A DNA stretch of 64,000 nt from Mytilus edulis (Eukaryota). A model generated the notes under the pieces. It was not told the DNA's origin, searched no databases, and worked only from the letters and a program-made list of their open reading frames with translations. The DNA lies in NCBI RefSeq assembly GCF_963676685.1, contig NC_092354.1, positions 22,940,001-23,004,000 on the forward strand, given 5' to 3'. This document shows, one piece after another, positions 13,095 through 23,559 of the stretch (positions are counted from its first letter, which is position 1; each line of letters starts with the position of its first letter). A program made the translations under genes and the position numbers.

Positions 13095-13868
13095 AACAAG
13101 AGGCTGTCACAACGACAGCAAACCGGATTTATTAATATTTATTTGTGTCCTGGCAATATCACAAGAACCATTACTGATGAATGGTGAAAGTGAAAATCGT
13201 CAATATCAAATTTGACCTCCATTTTGTCATCAGTATCAACATCTTAAAATTTGAAAAGCTTAGATTGAATGGTTCATTAGTAAATGCAACAACTTGAATG
13301 GAAACGCCATTTCACAATCTTTCAAGAACCATAACTCCTGAACAGTAAAAGTCAAAATCGTCATAATTGAACTTGACTTTTAATTTGCCATCAGTAACAA
13401 CATATAAAAATTTCAAAAGCTTTGGTTGAATGGTTCATGAGAAAATGCACGGACACGACTGGAAACACCATTTTTCAATCTTTCAAGAACCATAACTCCT
13501 GAACGGTAAAAGTCAAAATCGTCATTATTGAACTTGACCTCCATTTTGTCATCAGTAACAACATATTAAAATTTGGGAAGCTTAGGTAGAACAGTTCATG
13601 GGTAAATGCACGGACACGACTGTAAACTCCATTTTTCAATCTTTCAAGAACCATAACTCCTGAACGGTAAAAGTCAAAATCGCCATTATTGAACTTGACC
13701 TTCATTTAGTTGTCAGTAACAACATATTAAAAATTTAAAAGCTTTGGTTGAACGGTTCATGAGTTAATGCACGGACAACATTTGATTCCCAAACCGCCCG
13801 CCCGACCGACCGCCCGCCGTACATCCCCAAATCAATAACCGACATTTTTGTCACAAAAATCCGGTTAA
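13095..13868 (-). mobile_element. HINE family 1 inserted in Gypsy RNase H
   Basis: Hairpin GCTGTC-ACAAC-GACAGC, subTIRs AACCGGATTT / AAATCCGGTT, (CCGC)n microsatellite, 161-bp internal repeats; removal restores ...DTQKNYCTT. Confidence 0.92.
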
Positions 13869-15696
13869 AAACTATTGTACTACTTACGGGGAACTTTTGG
13901 CAGTATTAACCTTTGTGAAACATTTTAGACACTATCTGATAGGTCAAAATTTTAAAATAAGGAGTGATCATGCTTCCTTAAGATGGCTTAAGAATTTTAA
14001 AAATCCAGAGGGGATGGTGGCCCGTTGGATATCTGTTTTAGAATCCTATAATTTTATTATAGAACACAGAAAAGGCAGTCAACATACAAATGCTGATGCC
14101 TTATCTAGGAAACCATATCGACTTTGTAAAAGGGACGATTGTCCCGGATGTGATAAAGATAAAGATTGTGTAAAAGTTAACCCTTTAATGGCTGAAAATG
14201 ATCAGGATTTAGACAATACAATTCCGTATGAGGATAATTTAGAACAAAATGAAACAATACCCCATACTGAGGAGTCTGATGATATTAATGAAAGTCTAGA
14301 TTTTTCAAATTGGTTGAGAATATGGTCTAATGAAGAAATTAAATCATGGCAAGAAAAGGATTCAGATTTAATTAAAATAATTCAATTAAAAACTCAGTCT
14401 GATGAAAAACCTAGTCGTGAACAAGTGTCTGGTTCTACATATGAAATTAGGAAACTATGGAGTGGCTGGGAATTGCTAGAAATAGTAAATGGAATTTTGT
14501 ATAAACAATATGAAAAATCTAGTATAAATAGTCTGGTATTAGTAGTCCCCAAAGAATTAAGAGTTAAAATCATGAGGGAACTTCATAACAATAGAATAGC
14601 TGGTCATTTAGGTAGACACAGAACGTTAGAGTCCATTAGGCGAAGGTTCTATTGGCCTGGTATGTCTTCAGATGTAGGCTCATGGGTTAAGGAGTGTTCT
14701 ATTTGTGCCCGAGCAAAACGAGGTCCTGGGTTAGGTCGTTATCCACTTCAGCAATCTCAAGTTGGATTTCCTCTTGATAGAATAGGCATTGACATTGTTG
14801 GTCCTTGTCCTATAACAGAAAATGGAAATGAATATATAATAGTTGTTTCTGATTATTTTACTAAATGGTGTGAAGCATATGCCGTACCTAATCATCACGC
14901 ACTTACAGTGGCAGATAAACTAGTCCCTGAATTTTTCACTAGGTTTGGGATGCCAAAACAAATACATTCTGATCAGGGGAGAGAATTTGAATCTCTATTA
15001 TTTCAAGCTGTTTGTCAACTTTTAGGTATTGAGAAAACTAGAACAACCCCCTATAGACCCCAAAGTGATGGTTTAGTTGAGAGATTTAATAAAACTCTGC
15101 AAATCATGTTATCCTCCTTTGTTAATAAAAACAGGAATGATTGGGATGACCATTTACCCTATCTTCTCATGGCATATAGAGCAAGTGAGCATGATAGCAC
15201 AGGGGTTACCCCTTATAAAATGATGTTTGGACGGGAAATGGCCTATCCTTTAGATATCTTAGCAGGTAACCCAAAGTCTCGAGAAAATTTATGTCCTATT
15301 GAGTACGTTAGTTGGCTAAAACATAGTTTTGATATAACTTTTAATTTTGCAAAAGATAATTTGTCAAAAGCTGCCACTAGACAGAAAAATACTTATGATA
15401 GGGGCATTAAACCTAGAAACTATGAAATAGGAGATTTTGTGTGGAGATGGTATCCTCCTACTGCTCACATTAAATTGGGTTTAGGATGGATTGGGCCTTA
15501 TAAAGTTCTTCATAAATTTTCTGAAGTGACTTATAAAATTAAAGAGAACCCAAACAGTAGGGAAATAATAGTCCATGTAGATCACCTAAAACCTTATCTA
15601 GATAATACTATTTTTACAACCCCAATACCCCCTAGACAATCCAGGTGTGGTCGAGCCATTAAGAAGCCATTAAGGTACTCCCCAGATGTAATATAG
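13867..15696 (+). CDS. pol: Gypsy pol part 2: RNase H end and integrase (HHCC, DDE, GPY)
   Basis: YCTTYGELLAV, RSDH, NADALSR, H..AGHLG..CSIC, IGIDIVGP, HSDQG, GLVER, WIGPYKV. Confidence 0.95.
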   Translation, partial: KNYCTTYGELLAVLTFVKHFRHYLIGQNFKIRSDHASLRWLKNFKNPEGMVARWISVLESYNFIIEHRKGSQHTNADALSRKPYRLCKRDDCPGCDKDKDCVKVNPLMAENDQDLDNTIPYEDNLEQNETIPHTEESDDINESLDFSNWLRIWSNEEIKSWQEKDSDLIKIIQLKTQSDEKPSREQVSGSTYEIRKLWSGWELLEIVNGILYKQYEKSSINSLVLVVPKELRVKIMRELHNNRIAGHLGRHRTLESIRRRFYWPGMSSDVGSWVKECSICARAKRGPGLGRYPLQQSQVGFPLDRIGIDIVGPCPITENGNEYIIVVSDYFTKWCEAYAVPNHHALTVADKLVPEFFTRFGMPKQIHSDQGREFESLLFQAVCQLLGIEKTRTTPYRPQSDGLVERFNKTLQIMLSSFVNKNRNDWDDHLPYLLMAYRASEHDSTGVTPYKMMFGREMAYPLDILAGNPKSRENLCPIEYVSWLKHSFDITFNFAKDNLSKAATRQKNTYDRGIKPRNYEIGDFVWRWYPPTAHIKLGLGWIGPYKVLHKFSEVTYKIKENPNSREIIVHVDHLKPYLDNTIFTTPIPPRQSRCGRAIKKPLRYSPDVI

Positions 15697-16346
15697 TGTA
15701 AATAGTTTAATGTGTTAATCATAATAGACAGTGTATTTTATTATGATGAAATTGGTTTCTTTACAATTGAGTGGAGTTAATAAGAATGTAAGTTCTTGTC
15801 CATGTTTCTGGTATGTATTTCATTAATTTTTATTATGCTTATCTGAATTATAATTTATTAAGGGAAGAGAACAAATATTTTGATTTAATGCACCTACTGA
15901 GTCACTATGTTTACAATATATATATATATATAGGTTACAATTATACATGTATGTGTCGTGAATTAATATTCGTCAGCAGCATTATTTGCATTGTAAGAAT
16001 TTAGACTTTAAAAAATCTCTACATATACACTTCTTTAGTCTAGGAAAAAGACTATCATTATTTTAAAATATTGATTGAGGAATATATGAATTTGATGTTC
16101 ATTTGACCCATATAAAAGGGCTGTTATACATTTTTAACAGAACTCAAAATAAAAGTCGAGACAAGTCTTTAAACTGTTTAAACAGTTATTTCTTTACATA
16201 TGTAATTGTTTGTTGCGAGAAATATGCGAATTGTTCAAATAGAAAACACAACTATAATTTTTATTTATGTACTTTAAATATATACCTACAGTACTGTCAT
16301 TACTGTATTGTAACTTGGTGACTTAAGTTGCTGTTATTTTACAGAA

Positions 16347-16808
16347 ATGGAATCTCAGCAGGTGCCTATTACTGGAAGGATCCGTCCAATCTTCCATAAG
16401 GACTACTGTTGCCCTGTCATCAGCTGCGATGGTAGGAAATTTGTAAAATTTCATCAATATATGAGGCATTGGCGCAAGTTCCACACCAAAATATTGTCCG
16501 TTTTACCATGCACAGCTTGTGTGGATTATTCCAGCAAAACCAGGATGGAACTGAGGGAACATTTGTGCCATCACCACCATTTCAACGTGTATGCAGCAAA
16601 AAGAACTGCTGATGGTACCACCAGAAGGACCCTCATTAACCCTAGATACATGTCGCCAGGACTCCACATTCCACCCATTAAAGAAGAAGTATTTACAACA
16701 GAGGAAGCAGTTGTTGTAGAAGTAGGTGACAACATACCCAGAGATATGGACACGGACATGGTAGAACAGGATGGGAAACTGGTGTTAGTTGTAAAGAATC
16801 AAAACTAA
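16347..16808 (+). CDS. Gypsy ORF3, 153 aa, two atypical C2H2 zinc fingers
   Basis: CPVISC-x13-HWRKFH and CTAC-x13-HLCHHH; GC-richer than flanks; splice acceptor (AG 16343-16344) two nt before the ATG. Confidence 0.7.
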   Translation: MESQQVPITGRIRPIFHKDYCCPVISCDGRKFVKFHQYMRHWRKFHTKILSVLPCTACVDYSSKTRMELREHLCHHHHFNVYAAKRTADGTTRRTLINPRYMSPGLHIPPIKEEVFTTEEAVVVEVGDNIPRDMDTDMVEQDGKLVLVVKNQN

Positions 16809-16967
16809 ATGAACAGTTAGTTGACATTTGATTGTGACATTTGTTTAAATTTGATATATATATTTTATAGTTGTATACAGTTTAATATTATTGATCTGAT
16901 TAATTAATTTCTTGATTATTTTATATATGTGTTTGGTATAAACCAATACATATATATATATTGGTTT

Positions 16968-16979
16968 AGGTGGGGGGAA
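16968..16979 (+). promoter_or_regulatory. Polypurine tract of the Gypsy element
   Basis: AGGTGGGGGGAA immediately before TGTAGCGG. Confidence 0.8.
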
Positions 16980-17830
16980 TGTAGCGGAGACGCATATTTT
17001 TTTATAATTATCTCGACGTATTTGCCGGGAATTTCAAAACATATATTTTTCAAAATAGACCGAGGTTACTTACTCTGTGTCCTGTCAATTTCCCGTTTCA
17101 CTTTTATGAAATTAATTTACCCGGACATTGCTTGTCCCTTTGTAATACTTTTTAATTAACTTATTCGCCATAATTTACTGTATTTTCATGATGTTATTTA
17201 GAAATTCTTCTCGTTTGTAAATGGCTGCTATTTAAAGAGGTTCCGAATGTCGTATCTCGGAATTTTACATAGGCTAAGCTTGATTCGACTTTTAGGAGTA
17301 CGCCATTTTACATTTTAATAACAACTTAGTAAAGGTAAATTTAATTGGTTTGATTTCTAAACTTAAATCCTATTGGATATTATTCTGTTACTAAATTTAG
17401 GTGCTTTGGCACTATATATACAAACGTTTTACCCATTCAAATTGCTTAATCATTTAGAGAGCCACAGTCTGTTAAAGAGACTAACAAGGTAGGTGCATTT
17501 AAATGTAAGGGAGATAATTTGTCCCATTTGACTTAATTTTTACCTTTTTGGCTTCGCCACACCTCGGAAATAAAACCTGTTAATTTAATATGTAGGACTT
17601 AATATAAAGATAGGAATAGGATTTTACTTTACATTTAAATAAGGGTTAAGATTATAATTTTGCAAATGCAACTTAGGGGAATTTAGTTAAGGGAATAATT
17701 TGTTGTGAATATTGTATGTTGTGTTGTGTAGATATACTTGCGCAAATATATATGTTTTAGTGTAAATTAAAATATGAAAACTTTATCGTCTCATTGATTT
17801 AAGAAACAGAGACTCAGGTCCTAGAACCCG
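16980..17830 (+). repeat. Gypsy 3' LTR (right boundary uncertain)
   Basis: Starts TGTAGC after the PPT; TATA-like TATTTAAA ~17228; AATAAA ~17569; matching GCTACA end not found. Confidence 0.6.
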
Positions 17831-18842
17831 GAAGTAGTTGTTGTTATGTGGTCTTGGTATCTCTTGGTTTGATTTCGAATCTGTACTACTATATTGGTAT
17901 ATTGAATTTATTTCAAATATATGGGCATTACTTAGGCATCGTCGTTCAAAGAATCAGTCGACATTTCCGGATCTATCATAAAAACCTAGTTCATATATCG
18001 AAACACAGATTGAAACCAACAAACATGATTGCCTCCGGTTACAGGTGTTACGTGTTTGACCATGCCTTTAGTTATATCCTGCATAAGCTACCAACGAGAC
18101 ATTACAGATTAAATTATATGATTCCTTTTAATTTATGTGAAATCAGTATAATTGCACCTCTCAATACCATAAACGACAATTTCTTTTTTACCTGTACAAA
18201 ATATAATTGTCTTTTTCGGTATATCGAGACAAGTATCGCAAATATATAAGGCATTGCGACGTCCGCGTGGTACCACCTAGTTACTAATTGGAATTGTCTA
18301 TGGCATTGTGAATTGTTCACAACCGATTGAAAAAGTATTTTGAATTTGAATTCAAATCAAAAATCGAAAAATGTATGTAATGTTAGTGTTAATTTAGCTC
18401 ATATTTTGTCTGTTATTATGTATATTGCTTGCAGAATCAAAATAAAATTTTCTTACTTATTGACTTACTTAAAAGATCTTTGAAATGTTTAATGATTATG
18501 ACCCTTACTGTAGTATAGTGTATTACGTAATGTTCAGTTAAAGTGTCGACGTAAATATAGATCCAGCAAGGTTTACTCTACATTTTTCCACTTCAGAAAA
18601 TGCCTGTATCAAATATAGGAATATGGCTGATGTGTTCCGTTCGTTTGATGTGTTTCAGCTTTTGAAATTGCCATTTGATTAGGGACTCTGATTTCGAATT
18701 GTCACAGTATTATTGTGATTTCACTTTTGTGCAGGGAAATAAGTTGGACTCGTATGGCTCAAATGAATCTCTTGTTCATTTGCTATTGAGCCAGGTTTAA
18801 TTTAGTCCCCCCCCCCCCCAAATAAAAGTTGATACTTTCTTT

Positions 18843-19252
18843 CCCCCAAGGGTGACTGGGGTATAGAAATATGGTCACTTGGTCTTCTCCCGACCAAAAC
18901 GCTTGCCGAAGTGGGGAGTCCGTTTGGCTGTGAGGGATGTATCAAGTTCGCGGTCACGTCCGGTCAGAAGGGGGACGTTAAATCCGATGCCTCGTTTAAA
19001 GAGAGTGCCACGCTCTTTGCACGTTAAGAACCCTTGCAACAACTCTTTGAGGGGTCCGTAGGTGGCCTGTTGCAAGGCAAAATTTCTGTCCCTATCCAAT
19101 ATACCCTCTTTTCCAGTGGCAGTCCAAATTTCCCCGACCATCCTAGATGACCTCTATTACAACAACCTACCTAGTGTATTTATTGTTAACTTGTTCTCGT
19201 CCTGAATATGCATGAAATATTTGCCACTAGACGTTAAGCAATCAACAATCAA
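18843..19252 (+). mobile_element. SINE family A, full length
   Basis: 10-bp TSD TGATACTTTC at 18830-18839 and 19253-19262. Confidence 0.93.
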
Positions 19253-19370
19253 TGATACTTTCCTGATGGTTATTGGGTATCGGCTAATGTGCAATCAATG
19301 AAGAGTGGCAGCATTTGGATAAAAATGTTGTCCGAATAACATTTATATTTATTTTTTACCAAGATAAAGT

Positions 19371-19543
19371 TTATGCTGTTTTAAACCGACACTGTAGTAC
19401 AACAGAACTGGGTTCAGCATTTGTTTCAGTTGTCCTCACCATTGTCATTGGTATCATGAGTAACGGTATGGCTATGAAAGGAAAAGGAGGGAGTCTAAAA
19501 CTTGATCCTGTGCCTAATCCAGTACCATCCACAAATGAATTTT
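19371..19543 (-). CDS. Candidate host exon (Gly-rich, hydrophobic, then Thr-rich segment)
   Basis: Strong acceptor ttttttttgtttatcag; open frame NSFVDGTGLGTGSSFRLPPFPFIAIPLLMIPMTMVRTTETNAEPSSVVLQCRFKTA*. Confidence 0.35.
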
Positions 19544-19769
19544 CTGATAAACAAAAAAAAAGATGATATTTTATGTGATACCAAGATAAAATTTTAAAGT
19601 AGTACCACTAAAACTAGTCCCAATTTTCCCTACTATTTCTGTATACCTGGAAATATCCAATTTTTTCGCCTGGTTAAATGCGTGCATGTTGGTCTTCTTA
19701 TTTTACAAGTTTATCTTGAGCTAGTAAATTTATAAAGGTACCTTGCTAATAATTTGATACATATTTGAA

Positions 19770-20133
19770 GAGAGCCGCGGTGTAGTGGTTAGTGCATCGG
19801 ACTACTAACACAAAGGTTACTGGTTCGATTCCCGTTCGGGATGAATCTTTCAGGAACTCAATTTTCGGCTCTCCCTTGACACCATTTGCGAGTATGGTCT
19901 TAAGGAAACGATGATAGTCCGTCGGAAGGGGACGATAAATGGCTGACCCGTGTTAAGAGAGAGCCATATCTCTTGCACGCTAAAGACACCCTTGTAGATT
20001 TCGAAAAAGAGTAGGCTAATGCCGCTACAAGGCAGCACTCGCACCCGCAAAGTGGAAAGGGATTAATATAAGTTGCAAAAACTTGTTTCCCAATCCACTA
20101 TAAATAAATATGTTTAAACTAAACTAAACTAAA
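19770..20133 (+). mobile_element. tRNA-derived SINE family B with Deu/Nin-like core
   Basis: A box CGGTGTAGTGG, B box GGTTCGATTCCC, core GGAAGGGGACGATAAA...GCACGCTAAAGACACCC, (AAACT)n tail. Confidence 0.88.
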
Positions 20134-20214
20134 TGTACAAATTGGTTTTCCCCCTTTGTATTCTCCACATCTCGTGTCTTACATCCGGCAGTACAATGAT
20201 GAGTAGATTCTTAA

Positions 20215-20960
20215 TTTTTGGTCCCGTTTTCAAATTGGTCTATATTAAGGTCCTACGGGTACCAAATTAAACTTTTGATTTTAAGAAAAATTGAATTCTT
20301 GTGATTCTTTGATATGCTGATTCTAAACATGTACTTATATTTGGAATAAGGGCCCAGTTTTCAAGTGGGTTTAAATTAAACTTTGTTTGATTTCACCAAA
20401 AATTGAATCCTTGGAGTTCTTTGATATGCTGGATCTAAACATGTATTACGATGGTTTGCTTATCCAGTTTTCAAGTTGGTCCTTATCGTGGTCCAAAATT
20501 AAACTTTTTGATACATGTATCAACAAAAAATGAATCCTTTGGGTTCTTTCATGCGCTGAATCTTACCTTTTATTTAGATTTTAGATATTGGACCATAATG
20601 TATTTAAATTTATAATTTTAGGCCCAGTTTCAAAGTTGTTCCAAAATCCGGGTCCAAAATTAAGCTTTGTTTGATTTCAACTAAAATTGAATACATGGGT
20701 TCTTCGATGTATGCTAAAACAAACCATGTATTAAGATTTTTGATAATTGGGCCCGGTTTTCAAATTGGTCCACATTAAGGTCTCAAGGGTCCACAATTGA
20801 ACTTAAGTTGATTTCATCAAAAAATAAATTCTTGGACTTTTTTCATATGCTGAATCTAACCTTTTATTTAGATTTTAGATATTGGACCATAATAGGTAAA
20901 TGTCAATTTGATTTGTTTAAGTTCTTAGAGCACATTCATTCTGAGTCAGAAATATATGCT
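20215..20960. repeat. Degenerate satellite-like array (~120-140 bp units)
   Basis: Recurrent GGCCCAGTTTTCAAGTTGGTCC...AAATTAAACTTTG...TTCTTTGATATGCTGAATCTAA. Confidence 0.7.
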
Positions 20961-21417
20961 GTATCAATTATTTAATGTAGTTCGGGGGTTTAAATTTTCG
21001 CGCAGTCTGCGCATAAAGTTACGCATTGATATCGTTAGTGATGTACAGTGTCGTAATTTTCCATAACAATAAAATATGATCATTTAAAAAATCTTTTTCA
21101 TTCAAACGCACTGAGAAAGAGTTGAATAACTTTAAAATGCAATTTTAAAACTTAATCAAACTTATTTTTACAACTGTCATTGTTGAAATAGTAATTCCGT
21201 TTTAAAAAATAAATATGGAGCATGTTGACGAAGACAAGAATGAAGAGAGAATAACTCATATTTATCGCAAGCAACAAAGACATTGGTCATTCGAAACCGT
21301 CTCTGATTTAAAAGTGTTTAAAACATATTTGAGTATATTTTGAATTTCATATACTTTCTCTTCACTGGCTTTTTTTGGAAAATTTTGTAAGATTTAGAAG
21401 ATTTTCTTTGGATTTGA

Positions 21418-21447
21418 GCGTCACTGATGAGTCTTTTGTAGACGAAG
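21418..21447 (+). ncRNA. Truncated hammerhead ribozyme motif (non-functional)
   Basis: GCGTCA CTGATGA GTCTTTTGTAGAC GAAG; stem III and 3' stem I missing. Confidence 0.6.
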
Positions 21448-21636
21448 CCCATATACAAAATGTAGTCATAAGTCAGGAATCGGTTGTACAGCAATGTAAT
21501 TTATACGTGTTTCTCGTTTTTTTTATATAGATAAGAAAGCCGTTTGAATGGTTTACACTTAAGTCTAGTAATTTTGGGGCCCTATATAGCTTGTTGTTCG
21601 ATGTGAGCCGTACATTGACCTATAATGGTTTACTTT

Positions 21637-23559
21637 TTAAGGTCTTTCCCCTACGTGCGGAAAGACCTTATTGTTTTTCTAATGTTTTTTTTTCTTTTTT
21701 TTCCTTTTTTTCTTCCAACATTTTTTTGACATGCCCGCCTCTTGTTTCTGTTGAAGTTATTAGGACCAAATATGGACCATAGCTAGACCTCACCAAGATG
21801 TATTTCCAAATGACCCTGTTAAGAATTTCATCATCCCCTTTAGGAGTTATCTTCCTTTTATTGATTTTTTTCAACATGACCCCCCTCGTTGGTTTAAAAG
21901 ATATCATGACCTTAATTGGACATAATGTAGATCTCATAATGATGTATTACCATGTGAGGCTGATTAAGATTTCAGCGTCCCCTATGAGAGTTATATCCCT
22001 TTGAAACAATTTCTTTCTTTTGCATTTTTCACATAAAGTATAAGAGATAGAATCGATTTGAAAACGGCAACATGTACATGAACAGATGGCAATGCTAATA
22101 AACATGTACACTCGTTTTGTTATTAACCCTTATAAGGAGTTATTCCACTTGAAAAAATGTACATAATTTTAGAAAAACTGTATTTCGAGAACCAGAAGTC
22201 GTAGAGACTGGGGACCTTCACCAATAATCTTTAATTCATGTGACCTTTAATATACAATCAAGGTCAAAGGTCACTGAGTGCAAAAAAAAAAATTACGCTG
22301 CAATTTCAAGCTTACATATTAGTAAAACGATAAGACTTTGCTGCATACATATAGCATGTAAATTGTTCCTCTCGACGAGCTCTACATTTTATACAATAAG
22401 CCCAATAATGTCCGACCGTCTGTTCAAAAGTTACAACGGGATGATTCTTAAAAGTATAGTATTTTGTGTATATCTTTTAAAAGGTAACATATATCAACCT
22501 ACTATCAACTGCAAAGATGATCAGTATTTCAAGACCTTCAATTTGAGGTCAATGTCAGGTCATGATGAAATTTCACCTTGACCTTCACAGTATACTATGA
22601 CCTTGACCTTGTGATATTTGAAAGGTCAAGTGGTCCTGAGTTGAATGGTGGTAGTCCCATGTCTCCACGGCTTCTGGTTCTTAAGTTTGGTATTGCATCA
22701 TATATTTGATGATTAATTGTGACCTTGGTGAACTTTGAAATTGTCCCATTTCTTTTTCTATAGTGTTGTCCTTTAATTGCAGATCATTTACAATTTAACA
22801 GATTTGAGATATCTATTGTCGTTTTAGAGATAATGCAGTTTGAAATTTTTCGAGCGGCGGCAAGTATTTCTGAAACAACAACAGCTAACCACTTAAAATG
22901 TTTAAGAAATTGAAGAGATTGACATAGTTATATGTTTAACCAAATACCAAAAACATTCCATGGAAATGGGGTCATCTGATATATCAAATTGAAGGTCTCA
23001 ATAAACTCTACTTAAAAATGAAAATTTTAAACCTCTTTTTCATCCCAGGTGGAAGGGTGGGGTCATTTAGTGCAAAAATTCAAATTTCTCAGATGGTAAG
23101 GTTGTCGCATATCAAATGAAAGAACATAAAACGTACATTTCAAATTTCAAATTGATGTCCCCAAAAAATTGTTGGATGGGGTCATTGAGTGCAAAAAATT
23201 ATTTTTTTTACGATAGGGTTGTTGTATATCAAATGAAAGGTCATGATGTGTACATTTGAAATATCAAATTCCCAACCTCCAAAAATTGATTGGATGGGGT
23301 TATTAAGTGCAAAAATCAAACTTTTTAGAACATGGCGTTGTCGCTTATCAAATGAAAGCTCATCTTCCCTGTGTTACATATATCATACTTCCGATCTCAA
23401 AAATGTAGGCGGATGGGGTCATTAAGTGTAAAAAGCGAAAAGTTTCAGAAGGTATGCTTGTCGTATATCAAATGAAAGGTCATACAAAGAACATTACGAA
23501 AACATCACTTTTACAGGAAAGACCTTTCAATTGTTTTACAAACAATTGAGATACTAGTT
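21637..23559 (+). mobile_element. HINE family 2, full length
   Basis: 5' TAAGGTCTTTCC...GGAAAGACCTTA hairpin; 3' subTIR GGAAAGACCTT, hairpin TCAATTGTTT/AAACAATTGA, then CTAGTT; ~118-bp internal repeats; flanks rejoin in a T run. A minus-strand 5'-end fragment lies at 26070-26116. Confidence 0.85.

Larger units (their letters stand above)
11500..17830 (+). mobile_element. Ty3/Gypsy LTR retrotransposon, 5'-truncated (no gag or 5' LTR seen)
   Basis: RT-RH-IN order, extra ORF3, PPT and TG-start 3' LTR; right end approximate. Confidence 0.9.

Noticed and set aside
13095-13187. Shared C-terminal peptide in ORFs 11526-13187 and 51304-51915 as a protein domain
   Set aside because: Read-through into the same non-coding HINE terminus
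13475-13705. Repeated 76-aa ORF (also 50756-50986)
   Set aside because: Chance frame across HINE satellite units
16347-16808. env gene
   Set aside because: No signal peptide, furin site or transmembrane segment
19770-19845. Functional tRNA gene (also 44424)
   Set aside because: Poor acceptor and anticodon stems, and continuous with the SINE body and tail
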